In this document: in pieces, positions 51,441-62,753 of the stretch
How the letters are laid out: every line of letters starts with the position of its first letter
Position numbering within the stretch: the stretch's first letter is position 1
Assembly (NCBI GenBank): GCA_030835405.1
Contig: JAURPG010000106.1
Coordinates: forward strand, 6,067 to 70,066
From: Gammaproteobacteria bacterium
GTDB lineage: Bacteria > Pseudomonadota > Gammaproteobacteria > Eutrophobiales > Eutrophobiaceae
Direction: 5' to 3'
Length of the DNA: 64,000 nucleotides
Translations under genes and position numbers: made by a program
Notes under the pieces: model-generated
Told to the model about the DNA's origin: nothing
Database searches by the model: none
Seen by the model: the letters and a program-made list of their open reading frames with translations, nothing else

Positions 51441-52019
51441 TTAATCTGTGTATTGAAACAATCTGACAACTTTTTGTACCCCTCCGGTCGTTCGCGCAAT
51501 TTCAGTAGCTGCATCCGCCTTGGCACGGGAAAGTAACCCCATCAGGTAAACCACACCTTTTTCAGTTACGACCTTTGTATTTAGTGCAGAGGCTGCCTTG
51601 TCTGCCACCAGCTTTGCCTTTACCTTGGACGTAATGACTGAATCACTACTGCGTGACATAAATGAACTTGGCGCAGCAATGGTTATTTCATTATGTACGC
51701 TGGAAACTTTTTCAATGTTTCTGACAATATCAATGATTTTATCTCGCATGGCTTCTGTCGGTGCTTCGCCAGTTACCAGTACGACCGTATTAAAACTGGT
51801 GAAATTGACATGCGTACTTTGTCTGAGTTCCCTGTCTGAAAAAATGGCTTCAGAGGCTTTTAGTTCAATCGCTTGATCCTCAATAACAGTCCCTGTGGTC
51901 CTTTTATCTGAGGCAACGGATGCCCCGGCAGCAACACCTGTTACGGCAACGGCTGCACAACCATTTAGGAACACAATAGATAGGATAAGTATGTATGTCA
52001 TTACCCTGGATTTCAGCAT
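51441..52019 (-). CDS. dolP: Dual BON-domain outer-membrane lipoprotein (DolP/YraP)
   Basis: It has the lipobox LNGC and two BON-like repeats. Its conserved position is after diaA. Confidence 0.8.
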   Translation of the reverse strand: MLKSRVMTYILILSIVFLNGCAAVAVTGVAAGASVASDKRTTGTVIEDQAIELKASEAIFSDRELRQSTHVNFTSFNTVVLVTGEAPTEAMRDKIIDIVRNIEKVSSVHNEITIAAPSSFMSRSSDSVITSKVKAKLVADKAASALNTKVVTEKGVVYLMGLLSRAKADAATEIARTTGGVQKVVRLFQYTD

Positions 52020-52023
52020 AGAT

Positions 52024-52617
<594 letters not shown>

Positions 52618-52628
52618 TTATTTTCTAT

Positions 52629-53054
52629 TCAGTCTTCATTGAAGGCATTTTGATACCAGCCAATGTCAGGGTTATCCAGTAGTCCAGTGATAGTAATAAT
52701 ATCAAATCTATAAGAATCAACGTCAATTTTTGATTTTTGTATATAATACTTAGAACAATTAATGATTTTATTGACTTTTTTATGATCAATGGATTCCAAA
52801 GGTGTTAAAAATTTTTTGTTTTTTCTATACCTGACTTCCACAAACATAGTACATCGCTCGTCATGCATAATCAGATCGATCTCACCATATTTCGATCTGA
52901 AATTTCGTTTAATAAACCTTAAACCTTTATGGTTGAGAAATTTTATTGCGGTATCTTCTGCCGCAGCACCAACTGATGTGCTGCTTGCTACTTTCGTCAA
53001 GGTGTGGATCCGGACGTTAAGGGGACTGGTTTGCCATTTTCGAATCTTGCCCAA
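52629..53054 (-). CDS. yraN: YraN/UPF0102 family endonuclease-like protein
   Basis: GEIDLIM and FVEVRYR are characteristic blocks. The annotated start overlaps the lpoA 3' end, so the true start may lie further in. Confidence 0.75.
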   Translation of the reverse strand: MGKIRKWQTSPLNVRIHTLTKVASSTSVGAAAEDTAIKFLNHKGLRFIKRNFRSKYGEIDLIMHDERCTMFVEVRYRKNKKFLTPLESIDHKKVNKIINCSKYYIQKSKIDVDSYRFDIITITGLLDNPDIGWYQNAFNED

Positions 53055-54853
53055 TTGAGGTTGCGCCTGAGTTTACCGTCTTCAGACATAAAAAGCTCTC
53101 CGGTCTCCCCCTGGTACTTATTGTTGGCTTTTAACATTAAATCACCTATACGTGATACTAACCTGAAAGCATCAATACCAAAGGCATAATATCTTGGAAA
53201 TATTGAGCTATCTGAATTCCAGTTATATTGAATTTGAGAAGCCAGGCTTGTTTCATTTTCATTTTCATTTTCTTGTAATAGCCAGGGTATATCGACAAAT
53301 TCAACACCGTTTAAATCGTTATCTATTTGCGGGTTTGTATTGCCAGTGTAGACAGCAGATGTGGTAAAGATTGGAATTCCTTCCGCCCTGAAAAACCTCA
53401 AGTGAGGAACGATTTGTCTGGCAGTGAGATTGGTTGCCACGACGAAAATAAATTCGGCATCCTCTCTTAGCCTGTTATTAAAGAGGATATTTCTGCTTAG
53501 CTTTTGCCTTAAATTTTGAAAACGTTGTTCACTGCTGTCGATATTTAACAGCTGTTTAATAGGAGTTACGAAATCTGATGTTCCTGGATTATATTCAATT
53601 TTTTCCAGTACTTTCCCTCCCATATTTGTCCATTCCTCTTTAAACGCATTAAAAACTCTGGTCCCAAAATCATCATTTGACGTGACTACCAACGCCCTAT
53701 TAAATCCTTCAAAAATACCTCTTTGGGCAACCTGTCTGGCTTCGTCTTCAGGAGGCAAACCAAATTGAACCAGGTTATGTAATGGTACGATTTCGTCAGT
53801 CTTATGAGATGTTTCTGGTATTTCGACCTGATTTAGCGCAAGTGTTCTTACTGGAATGGATGACATCTCTGATAGTTTTCTAACTGCATTCTTGTCAAGC
53901 GGGCCGACGATAAAACCCGCACCATCAGAAACGGCCTGATTGTAAATATCTATAATGTCACTATTATCTGTATTATAAATTTTAACAACTGGTCTGTAGT
54001 TATTTTCATTGAACCAGGCAGTAAGGAATCCATCTCGAATCCTCTCAGAATACCTTTCATAAATTCCTGTCAAGGGCAATAACAATGCTATCTGACCAGG
54101 TCTGGAGTCTATATTTTCACTGATTTTGAGTAGTTCAGAAATTAATTCTGAATTTGCCGGGTGTGCCGGGTTTAATTGTGTCCATATATTTAAGGTTTGT
54201 TTAAATTCATTAGTCCGGGTGATTAATGATTTTGTAATATTGGTCAATTCAACCCAGGCAATGAGATGCTCTTCAGACATTTCCTCATCAGCACTAGTGT
54301 TTTCCAGGTTTTCGGTAATCAGATAGGTCCAGATCTTTTGTGTATGTTCAGCATTAAGGCCTGATTGCATCAAAGTATTATCAAGAATGATTAACTCTTT
54401 TGCGGCATTAAACTTTTGGTCTAATTTTTCATACGCGGCTGCCCGGGTCTCATAATATAGATTGATAAAATTGGGGGGAACTGCTTCCTGGTTAAGGCCC
54501 TGGGAAACCGATAAGGCAGTTTGAGGATTGCCAATTTCAATTTCAACTTTTGCCATCAATATTTTAAAGAGGATACTTTCATTTGAGGGAGATACCGTTG
54601 CCAGGGTCCTGGAGGCTTTATCGTAATCATGGGCATTGATGAATGAATGTGCAGCTTTTAACATGTATCTGGTTGAATCTTCAGGATAACGATTTGATAG
54701 TGTTAAATATTCCTGTCCTGCTAACTGGAATTGCCCAGACTGAAATAAAGTCATTGCCTTTTGATCGGGCGTAGCGGTGACCTCTGGTTGCACAGTAGTG
54801 GTTTCACAGCCATATATCATGGTTGTAAGCAGTATTATTATGAGGATTCGCAT
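52997..54853 (-). CDS. lpoA: Penicillin-binding protein activator LpoA
   Basis: It has a lipoprotein signal (MRILIIILLTTMIYGC), N-terminal TPR-like repeats and a C-terminal periplasmic-binding-protein-like domain. It is divergent from rsmI. Confidence 0.8.
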   Translation of the reverse strand: MRILIIILLTTMIYGCETTTVQPEVTATPDQKAMTLFQSGQFQLAGQEYLTLSNRYPEDSTRYMLKAAHSFINAHDYDKASRTLATVSPSNESILFKILMAKVEIEIGNPQTALSVSQGLNQEAVPPNFINLYYETRAAAYEKLDQKFNAAKELIILDNTLMQSGLNAEHTQKIWTYLITENLENTSADEEMSEEHLIAWVELTNITKSLITRTNEFKQTLNIWTQLNPAHPANSELISELLKISENIDSRPGQIALLLPLTGIYERYSERIRDGFLTAWFNENNYRPVVKIYNTDNSDIIDIYNQAVSDGAGFIVGPLDKNAVRKLSEMSSIPVRTLALNQVEIPETSHKTDEIVPLHNLVQFGLPPEDEARQVAQRGIFEGFNRALVVTSNDDFGTRVFNAFKEEWTNMGGKVLEKIEYNPGTSDFVTPIKQLLNIDSSEQRFQNLRQKLSRNILFNNRLREDAEFIFVVATNLTARQIVPHLRFFRAEGIPIFTTSAVYTGNTNPQIDNDLNGVEFVDIPWLLQENENENETSLASQIQYNWNSDSSIFPRYYAFGIDAFRLVSRIGDLMLKANNKYQGETGELFMSEDGKLRRNLNWARFENGKPVPLTSGSTP

Positions 54854-54913
54854 AACTGTATCTTGTCTATATACTGTTTTTTTCCTGACCAGACTAACCA
54901 TGTGGAGTAAGAC

Positions 54914-55765
54914 GTGTCAAATTCAGCAGGTATTTTATATATTATTGCTACACCAATAGGAAATCTTAATGACATCAGCTCCAGGGCATTAACTATCCTT
55001 AATGAGGTGAAGTATATTGCTGCAGAAGACACCAGGCAAAGTAAAAAATTACTTAACCATTATGGTATTAAAACCAGGTTAACTTCACACCATAAATATA
55101 ATGAGCGCAAAAGTGAGCAGACACTGTTTAAGTCTTTGCAATCGGGTAATGATATCGCATTAATCAGTGATGCCGGGACCCCGTTGGTGTGTGACCCAGG
55201 GGCAGGAATCGTGGGTTTATGCCATAAATCCGGGATTAAAGTAGTTCCAATACCTGGCCCTTCAGCATTAATAGCTGCATTATCCATCTCAGGCTTTGCA
55301 TCTGACAGGTTTATTTTTGAGGGTTTTTTACCTGAAAAAAAATCACTTCGTAGGAAATTGCTCATTAATTTGATTAATGAATCACGGACCATGGCTTTTT
55401 TTGAAACCCCCCATCGGATAATGGGTTCACTGGATGATGTGATTGATATTTTCTCTGTAGACAGGCAACTTTTTATTGCCAGGGAGTTGACAAAAAAATT
55501 CGAAACCACTTATAGCGGCTCAGCAGGCGATATCAGGTCCAGATTAAATGCAGATATTGACCAGCAAAAAGGTGAATTTGTTATCCTCATACAAGGCGTT
55601 GAAAAACCTAAACCAGCGGGTGAATTAAACCGTGATAAATTACTCGCGTCATTGTTGCGGGAATTGCCCTTGAATAAGGCCTCGGGTATCGTTGCCGAAG
55701 TCACCGGGGAAAGCAAAAACAGTCTGTATAAATTGGGTCTAGAGTTACAGAAAAAAAAACCATGA
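54914..55765 (+). CDS. rsmI: 16S rRNA (cytidine1402-2'-O)-methyltransferase
   Basis: The N-terminus is LYIIATPIGNLNDISSRALTIL, a tetrapyrrole-methylase fold. Size is 283 aa. Confidence 0.9.
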   Translation: MSNSAGILYIIATPIGNLNDISSRALTILNEVKYIAAEDTRQSKKLLNHYGIKTRLTSHHKYNERKSEQTLFKSLQSGNDIALISDAGTPLVCDPGAGIVGLCHKSGIKVVPIPGPSALIAALSISGFASDRFIFEGFLPEKKSLRRKLLINLINESRTMAFFETPHRIMGSLDDVIDIFSVDRQLFIARELTKKFETTYSGSAGDIRSRLNADIDQQKGEFVILIQGVEKPKPAGELNRDKLLASLLRELPLNKASGIVAEVTGESKNSLYKLGLELQKKKP

Positions 55766-55826
55766 ATCGTGATGTCTGATGAATAAAATAAGCTTGTATA
55801 AGAGGGATTTTTGCGATTACTATGCA

Positions 55827-56162
55827 GGGGAGTCAGCCAGGCAATCGCCCTTTTTATAGAGGGAGGAAAGTCCGGGCTCCACAGGGCAAGACGCCAGGTA
55901 ACTCCTGGGCGGCGTGAGCCGATGGAAAGTGCCACAGAAAATATACCGCCTGTTGAGGGTAAGGGTGAAATGGTGTGGTAAGAGCACACCGCGTATCTGG
56001 TAACAGATATGGCAGGGTAAACCCCGTCTGGAGCAAGGCCAAATAGGGGAACGTAGGTGCGCCCACACCGTTCCCGGGTAGGCCGCTGGAGGTGTACGGT
56101 GACGTACATCCAAGATAAATGATTGTCCAAGACAGAACCCGGCTTATCGGCTGACTCACTAT
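55827..56162 (+). ncRNA. rnpB: RNase P RNA, bacterial type A
   Basis: It has the universally conserved GGAGGAAAGTCCGGGCTCCACAGGGCA (P4/CR-I) and GGTAAGAGCGCACC-like block (GGTAAGAGCACACC). P1 pairs gagtcagcc (55830-55838) with ggctgactc (56149-56157). The 3' end is followed by a T-run (attttttgatattttt). Confidence 0.9.
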
Positions 56163-56376
56163 TTTTTGATATTTTTGGGGATTGACCAGCATTATTATGT
56201 CCCCAAAATGTCAGATTTGCCTAAAATTAGTGTATTACATTAATAAAGTTCTACAATTTATTGAAATAAAAGAACTTATTTTTATATTTTCCTTTCAAAT
56301 GGCGATATTTCCAAGTTTCGTCTCATAAGTATCTGTAAATAAAGGCAGATTTCCGTCAGAAAATAGCAAGATTCAC

Positions 56377-56440
56377 TTGACACAATCCTTGTTGACTCCC
56401 TATGATTTCTCATGGTGGGGAATAGTGGTGAAAAGTGGTT
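56377..56440 (+). promoter_or_regulatory. Putative mraZ promoter (TTGACA-N18-TATGAT) followed by three direct GTGG(G/T) repeats at exact 10-bp spacing (56415, 56425, 56435), an MraZ-box-like operator
   Basis: TTGACA lies at 56377-56382 and TATGAT at 56401-56406. The repeats are in the order GTGGGG, GTGGTG, GTGGTT, separated by GAATA or GAAAA. Confidence 0.45.
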
Positions 56441-56464
56441 TTTTATAAATAAAACAGGGGTTTT

Positions 56465-56926
56465 GTGGTGTTCAGAGGTTCCGGCACAGTCAGTATAGAT
56501 AATAAGGGCAGATTAGCCGTGCCAAGCCGTTTTCGAGAGCGGTTATCGGCAATTTCTGGCGGTTGTCTTGTGCAGACCTTAAACCCACTGGATCGTTCAT
56601 TGTGGCTTTACCCCCTTAATGAGTGGGAAATCATCGAAACTAAACTGGCCACTCTCTCTGATTTTGATAAGCAGAGCCGGCGTGCGAAACAAATGATGCG
56701 AGGCTATGCAACTGATTGCCAGCTGGATTCACAGGGACGAATCCTGCTGTCTGTAGAGCTTAGAGAATACGCGAGTATCAAAAAACATGCTGTCATTCTC
56801 GGGCAGGGTAATAAGTTTGAAGTTTGGGATCAGGCGGCATGGATTGAACAAAGAGATCAGTGGCTTGAACAAGTTGGGGATGAAAACAGTGAACCGTCTG
56901 ATGCACTTAAACCATTATCTCTTTAA
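56465..56926 (+). CDS. mraZ: Transcriptional regulator MraZ
   Basis: It has a GTG start. (M)VFRGSGTVSIDNKGRLAVPSRFRE matches the E. coli MraZ N-terminus. Confidence 0.9.
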   Translation: MVFRGSGTVSIDNKGRLAVPSRFRERLSAISGGCLVQTLNPLDRSLWLYPLNEWEIIETKLATLSDFDKQSRRAKQMMRGYATDCQLDSQGRILLSVELREYASIKKHAVILGQGNKFEVWDQAAWIEQRDQWLEQVGDENSEPSDALKPLSL

Positions 56927-56947
56927 GCATAGAAATATTTTATTAAC

Positions 56948-57892
56948 TTGATGAAGGCCGATGAATACGAACATGCACCTGTACTCGTCAATGAAGTTGA
57001 ACAAGGTCTTAATATTCAAGCTGATGGTATTTATGTTGATTGCACATTCGGCAGAGGCGGGCATAGTAAAGTCATTCTCAGGAACTTAAATGACAAGGGC
57101 AAATTATTTGTTTTTGATCGAGACCCGGAGGCAATTCAGGTTGCCAATCAGTTGGCGACCCATGATTCCAGGGTCAAGGCTTTTCATTCTGCGTTTTCAG
57201 GGATTTTCGAAAATCTCGAAAGTGAAAAAGTCGTTGGACTGGTTAATGGTATTTTATTTGATCTTGGCGTTTCATCCCCCCAAATTGATGACCCACAAAG
57301 GGGATTTAGTTTTTCGATATCGGGAGAGCTCGATATGAGAATGGACCCAACATCAGGCTTGTCTGCCAGAGATTGGCTCAATCAGTCTGAAGAATCAGAG
57401 ATTTCAAATGTCCTTAGACAGTTTGGCGAAGAGAAATTTTCAAGGCGAATTGCCAGAGCCATAGTAGAACATCGAAAAATTAAACCGATTTTAACAACTT
57501 TGGAGTTGGCAGAAATTATATCTGATGCAGTTCCCTATGTAGATAAACACAAACACCCTGCTACCAGAACATTTCAGGCAATACGGATTTTAATAAACGA
57601 TGAGCTTGAAGAATTAAAAGTTGGACTGAGTGAGGCATATAAGTTGCTGGCAGTTCATGGACGTCTTGCTGTCATCAGCTTCCATTCTCTGGAAGACAGG
57701 ATCGTAAAAAGGTTTATCAGACAGTTATCAAAAAATGATCCTTATCCTCAAGACTTGCCAGTAAAAGCAGACCAGATAAAGCCGGAATTGAAACAGATAG
57801 GTAAATTAATCAGGCCACCCGATCGCGAATGTGAAATTAATCCCAGAGCACGAAGTGCAAGACTGAGGATAGCTGAGAAAATGGCAACATGA
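56948..57892 (+). CDS. rsmH: 16S rRNA m4C1402 methyltransferase RsmH (MraW)
   Basis: It has HAPVLVNEV...DGIYVDCTFGRGGHS and is 314 aa. Confidence 0.9.
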   Translation: MMKADEYEHAPVLVNEVEQGLNIQADGIYVDCTFGRGGHSKVILRNLNDKGKLFVFDRDPEAIQVANQLATHDSRVKAFHSAFSGIFENLESEKVVGLVNGILFDLGVSSPQIDDPQRGFSFSISGELDMRMDPTSGLSARDWLNQSEESEISNVLRQFGEEKFSRRIARAIVEHRKIKPILTTLELAEIISDAVPYVDKHKHPATRTFQAIRILINDELEELKVGLSEAYKLLAVHGRLAVISFHSLEDRIVKRFIRQLSKNDPYPQDLPVKADQIKPELKQIGKLIRPPDRECEINPRARSARLRIAEKMAT

Positions 57893-58152
57893 AATTAGCA
57901 GTCCCAACAATTTTGTTTGTGCTTGTTTTTATATCAGCAATTTTGATCGTTATGACACAGCATAATTATCGTAAGACGTTTATGGAAATTCAGAAACTGG
58001 AGACAGTTAAAAATGACTTAAATGAAGAATGGGGAAAGTTACAACTGGAACAAAGCACCTGGGCAACCGATGACAGGATTGAAAGATTGGCCAGGGAAAA
58101 ACTTAATATGGAATCGCCGGCCATAGAATCAATTGTATTGATTGCAAAATGA
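57889..58152 (+). CDS. ftsL: Cell division protein FtsL
   Basis: It is an 87-aa bitopic protein with a leucine-zipper-like periplasmic part, located between rsmH and ftsI. Confidence 0.8.
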   Translation: MKLAVPTILFVLVFISAILIVMTQHNYRKTFMEIQKLETVKNDLNEEWGKLQLEQSTWATDDRIERLAREKLNMESPAIESIVLIAK

Positions 58153-59876
58153 AGAAGAAACAGAACAAGTCCGTTTACCCGTTTCGAAGAAAGTTCATAC
58201 TGCTTTCATTTGCGGCATTTTCTGCATTACTTGTTTGGCGTGCCGTATACTTGCATGTGATTAATAAAGACTTTCTTCAGGACCATGGTGATGCCAGATC
58301 GGTGCGCGTTGTTTCAATCCCTGCCCACCGTGGAATGATCACCGACAGGAATAATGAACCTTTAGCGATTAGTACCCCCGTGGATTCAATATGGGCGATC
58401 CCGAGACAGGTACTGGAGTACCCTGAACAATTACCCAAGCTGGCAAACCTGCTGGATATATCTTCAGACCAGTTATATGAGATGCTCAGTGATCGTATTG
58501 ACAGGGAGTTTGTTTATCTCAAGCGTCATATTTCTCCTAACCTGGCAAAACAGGTTTCTGATCTTGAGATCTATGGCATTAATCTGCAGCAGGAGTTCAA
58601 GCGCTATTATCCTTCGGGTGAAATTACTGCACACCTGGTCGGTTTTACCAATGTAGATGACACCGGTCAGGAAGGCCTGGAGTTGGCGTATGACCACTGG
58701 TTGCAGGGTAAAGCAGGTAAAAAAAGGGTTCTAAAAGACAGGCTTGGGAGGTCAGTCAGGGATATTGAGAGTATAGAGAAACCTTCTCCAGGAAAAGATC
58801 TGGTTCTGAGTATTGATAGGCGGGTCCAGTACCTTGCATACAGGGAGTTAGCTGCCGCCGTAGAGTTTTACCAGGCAAAAAGTGGTTCTTTGGTTGTAAT
58901 CGATCCTGTTAATGGAGAGGTAGTAGCACTGGTAGCTCAACCATCCTATAACCCAAATAATCGTGCAGGTTTAAAGAGTGAAAATTTTAGAAATCGAGCT
59001 ATCACAGACGTATTTGAACCAGGTTCGACACTTAAACCGTTTACTATCGCTGCTGGTTTGGAATCCGGTTTATATGAGAAAGATACTCTTATCCAAACCA
59101 GTCCTGGTTACTTGCGAATCAGCAATCATGTCATCAGTGACATGTCTAATTATGGCATCCTAGATCTAACAGGAATCATTCAAAAATCCAGTAATGTCGG
59201 TTCTGGAAAAATTGGCCTCGCCATTGGACCGGAGGCACTATGGGCAACCTTGCGGTCTGTCGGATTTGGTGAACAAACCGGGACTGGGTTCCCAGGAGAA
59301 TCGCATGGACTGTTGTCCAGTTATACAAACTGGACTGAACTTGACCTGGCTTCAATCGCCTTTGGGCATGGAATGGCAGTCACTACATTACAACTGGCAC
59401 AGGCATATAGTGTTATTGCATCCGATGGAATTTTGCGGCCATTGTCTTTTCTCAAGGTAGGAGACGAAGCGATACCTGGTCAACGGGTCATGTCATCGGA
59501 GATCGCAACAACTTTGCGTGGCATGCTGGAGACTGTCGTTCAACCCGGTGGTACAGGTCAACGTGCAAATATTCCATTTTACAGAGTGGCCGGAAAAACC
59601 GGTACAGCACATAAATCCTCCAGTGAGGGTTATGCAGAAGATAAATATTTATCATTGTTTACCGGGTTTGCACCAGCAACGAATCCCAGGCTGGTGATGG
59701 CAGTAATCATTGATGAGCCCCAAAGTGGCGAACACTATGGTGGGCAGGTTGCTGCACCGGTATTTTCCAAGGTGATTCAAGGGGCGCTTAGGATTCTGGA
59801 TATCCCGCCAGATGATTTGCCTGAACTGAATACCAACGATCAGTCTGTTTCAAAACAGGCAGGAACTACAGGATAG
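58149..59876 (+). CDS. ftsI: Peptidoglycan D,D-transpeptidase FtsI (PBP3)
   Basis: It is 575 aa with an N-terminal TM segment and the transpeptidase motifs STLKP, SSN and KTGT. Confidence 0.9.
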   Translation: MKKKQNKSVYPFRRKFILLSFAAFSALLVWRAVYLHVINKDFLQDHGDARSVRVVSIPAHRGMITDRNNEPLAISTPVDSIWAIPRQVLEYPEQLPKLANLLDISSDQLYEMLSDRIDREFVYLKRHISPNLAKQVSDLEIYGINLQQEFKRYYPSGEITAHLVGFTNVDDTGQEGLELAYDHWLQGKAGKKRVLKDRLGRSVRDIESIEKPSPGKDLVLSIDRRVQYLAYRELAAAVEFYQAKSGSLVVIDPVNGEVVALVAQPSYNPNNRAGLKSENFRNRAITDVFEPGSTLKPFTIAAGLESGLYEKDTLIQTSPGYLRISNHVISDMSNYGILDLTGIIQKSSNVGSGKIGLAIGPEALWATLRSVGFGEQTGTGFPGESHGLLSSYTNWTELDLASIAFGHGMAVTTLQLAQAYSVIASDGILRPLSFLKVGDEAIPGQRVMSSEIATTLRGMLETVVQPGGTGQRANIPFYRVAGKTGTAHKSSSEGYAEDKYLSLFTGFAPATNPRLVMAVIIDEPQSGEHYGGQVAAPVFSKVIQGALRILDIPPDDLPELNTNDQSVSKQAGTTG

Positions 59877-61399
59877 TGGAAATGATGGCTGCCTATTCGA
59901 CAACAGATAAGATGGAACTAAGAGATTTGCTCGATGGTATTTTACCGGCAGATGATATTGTCGATGCCTACATTACGACACTTGAGTTGGATAGTCGAAA
60001 GGTTAAATCCGGGAGCTTGTTTTTTGGAATAAATGGTTCAGTCGTCAATGGTCGGGATTATATCGATGATGCAATCGGTAAATGTGCTGAGGCAGTTATT
60101 TTTGAAGGCAATACTTATCAGTTTAAATTAATTAAAAATATTCCTGTATATGAAGTATCTGATGTTAGAGACGTTATAGGAAAAATTGCGGCCCGATTTT
60201 ACGGTCATCCTACAGCAAAAATAAATTTGACAGGTGTGACCGGGACAAATGGTAAGACATCAGTCGTTTATTTTTTGAATCAGGCGCTTTCTCAGCTTTC
60301 AAATAAATCGGTAGGCTCAATCGGTACATTAGGTAGCGGCACTGGGAAGATACTCAAGCCATTGGTAAATACAACCCCTGATATTCTGATGCTCAATGAA
60401 TTATTTTCTGAATTTTGTCACCAGGATATTGAACAGGTTGTAATGGAAGTTTCATCGCATGCACTGGATCAGGCCAGGGTGAATAATATTGAGTTTGATA
60501 CGGCTGTGTTCACCAACCTTAGCCATGACCATCTGGATTATCATCAGGACATTGATGCATATGGTGATGCTAAGCGGAAACTGTTTTTTCTCCCGTCAAT
60601 TAAAAATGCAGTCATAAATATAGGTGATAGTTTTGGCGCTGGTATTGTCACTGAGCTGCCCAAAAACATAAATATAATCAGATATAAAATTATTGAGACA
60701 GCATCAGAATTTTCTCCAAATGAGGTTGAGTTGGTTGCAATAATCACTCATAAAGATATTTATTCAGTCAGCATGGAGATATCCAGCATCTGGGGCAAAG
60801 GCCAACTAACGGTCAAGCTGGTCGGTGACTATAACGCCGCAAATATCTTGGCATGTATTGGGGTGTTATGCGCGATGAACTATCCGTTGTCAGATATTTT
60901 GTCCGTCCTTTCAGATGTAAAAGCGGTGCCGGGCAGAATGGAATTATTTTGTGCGCCCACATCTCCAAAAGTTTTTATCGATTATTCCCACACACCTGAT
61001 GCGCTTGAAAAGGCCCTTCAAACATTACGCAAGCTGGGAAACAAGAAGCTGGTGTGCATATTTGGTTGTGGCGGGAACCGTGATAGAGAGAAACGACCAT
61101 TAATGGGACAGGTTGCTGAAAAATATTGTAATGAAATTATTCTGACAAATGATAACCCCAGAAATGAGGCTGCAGAGAATATTATTTCAGACATTCAATC
61201 AGGGATGTCAGGAAGTGTCCCATGCCATGTTGAACTGGACAGGGCGGTTGCTATCCAGACAGCAATCGATGACTGCAATACCGATGATTTTATTCTGGTT
61301 GCAGGCAAGGGACATGAAACCTTTCAGGAAATTAAAGGTAAGAAGACCCCATTTAACGATCGACAATTGGTAATTAACTTACTGGAGTCGCTGTGGTGA
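59876..61399 (+). CDS. murE: UDP-N-acetylmuramoyl-L-alanyl-D-glutamate--2,6-diaminopimelate ligase
   Basis: It has the Mur ligase P-loop GVTGTNGKTS and is 507 aa. Confidence 0.9.
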   Translation: MEMMAAYSTTDKMELRDLLDGILPADDIVDAYITTLELDSRKVKSGSLFFGINGSVVNGRDYIDDAIGKCAEAVIFEGNTYQFKLIKNIPVYEVSDVRDVIGKIAARFYGHPTAKINLTGVTGTNGKTSVVYFLNQALSQLSNKSVGSIGTLGSGTGKILKPLVNTTPDILMLNELFSEFCHQDIEQVVMEVSSHALDQARVNNIEFDTAVFTNLSHDHLDYHQDIDAYGDAKRKLFFLPSIKNAVINIGDSFGAGIVTELPKNINIIRYKIIETASEFSPNEVELVAIITHKDIYSVSMEISSIWGKGQLTVKLVGDYNAANILACIGVLCAMNYPLSDILSVLSDVKAVPGRMELFCAPTSPKVFIDYSHTPDALEKALQTLRKLGNKKLVCIFGCGGNRDREKRPLMGQVAEKYCNEIILTNDNPRNEAAENIISDIQSGMSGSVPCHVELDRAVAIQTAIDDCNTDDFILVAGKGHETFQEIKGKKTPFNDRQLVINLLESLW

Positions 61400-62751
61400 T
61401 ATCCATGTCATTATCAACAGCAGCTAGTTTTATTGATGGGACCTTATCAGGTCTAGATACCACATTTAATGGTGTCAGTATTGACTCACGTTCAATACTT
61501 GGCAGTAACCTTTTCTTTGCAATTCAAGGCGATCGCTTTGATGGTCATACATTTATACCCTCTGTATATGACCAGGGAGCTGCCGGTGCGGTCGTGGAAA
61601 ACCGTTTCGAAAATATCTCAATACCGCAAATTGAAGTAAAAAATACGGTACAGGCAATGGCAGATCTGGCAGGTAAATGGAGAAGCCAGTTCGATATTCC
61701 AGTTATCGCCATTACTGGTAGTAATGGCAAAACTACCGTAAAAGAAATGGTTGGATCAATACTTGATATCAATGCCGGTGTGTTGGTGACAAGAGGTAAT
61801 TTGAATAATCATCTTGGTGTGCCACTGACATTATTTGAACTGGATGATGACCATAAATATGCAGTGATTGAAATGGGGGCCAACCATGCTGGTGATATAG
61901 CAGGTCTTTGTGATATCGCCCTGCCCACAGTTGCTGTGATTACCCAATGTGCCCCCGCGCACCTGGAAGGTTTTAAGACTGAACAGGGGGTTGCCCAGGC
62001 AAAATCCGAAATATTTTCCGGCTTAAGTTCAAATGGCACAGCGATCATTAATGCAGATGACAAGTATGCAAACTTGTGGACACAAACAGCCGCAGGATTA
62101 GAAAGACTGTATTTTGGAATTGAAAAACGTGCGGATATCAGCGCAACAAATATCCACTTTAGTAGTAAGACGGCTGAAACATCTTTTGATATTCAGTTTC
62201 CGGATGCTGTCATCTCCATAACATTTTCGATGATGGGCTCACATAATATCCTTAATTCTCTCGCTGCTGCAGCCTGTTGTTACGCTATGGGTATACCAGT
62301 TTCTCAAATTAAAAAAGGTCTGGAAAAAGTCGAGAGTATCCCGGGACGAATGGAACGGCTGACAGGTATTTGCGATTCAACAATATTCAATGATACCTAT
62401 AACGCAAATCCATCCTCAGTTGAAGCTGGTCTGAAGGTGCTTGCTGAAATTCACGGTCCCAGATGGATGATATTTGGCGATATGGGAGAGTTAGGTGAGC
62501 AAGCAGAAGAATTTCATAAACTGATGGGCAAACTTGCCAGGAAATACGGAATTGAGAGATTGTTTACGGTGGGTGAATTAAGTCAGTTTAGTCATGACGA
62601 ATTCGGAAATGGCGGTGAACATTTTGATTCAACCGGGGAGCTTCTCGAAAAGGTAATTAATGAGTTATCGGGTGATATAACCGTACTTGTTAAAGGATCT
62701 AGATTCATGAAGCTGGAGCAGATTGTGGCAGGCTTGAGGAAGGGAGACTAG
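61393..62751 (+). CDS. murF: UDP-N-acetylmuramoyl-tripeptide--D-alanyl-D-alanine ligase
   Basis: It has the P-loop ITGSNGKTT and is 452 aa. It overlaps murE by 7 nt. Confidence 0.9.
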   Translation: MVISMSLSTAASFIDGTLSGLDTTFNGVSIDSRSILGSNLFFAIQGDRFDGHTFIPSVYDQGAAGAVVENRFENISIPQIEVKNTVQAMADLAGKWRSQFDIPVIAITGSNGKTTVKEMVGSILDINAGVLVTRGNLNNHLGVPLTLFELDDDHKYAVIEMGANHAGDIAGLCDIALPTVAVITQCAPAHLEGFKTEQGVAQAKSEIFSGLSSNGTAIINADDKYANLWTQTAAGLERLYFGIEKRADISATNIHFSSKTAETSFDIQFPDAVISITFSMMGSHNILNSLAAAACCYAMGIPVSQIKKGLEKVESIPGRMERLTGICDSTIFNDTYNANPSSVEAGLKVLAEIHGPRWMIFGDMGELGEQAEEFHKLMGKLARKYGIERLFTVGELSQFSHDEFGNGGEHFDSTGELLEKVINELSGDITVLVKGSRFMKLEQIVAGLRKGD

Positions 62752-62753
62752 TT

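Noticed and set aside
55510-56192. Three minus-strand ORFs (55510-56130, 55820-56113, 55854-56192) predicted between rsmI and mraZ
   Set aside because: This interval is the RNase P RNA gene (rnpB, plus strand), with the conserved GGAAAGTCCGGGCTCC core. The ORFs are GC-rich antisense artefacts with no coding signal.
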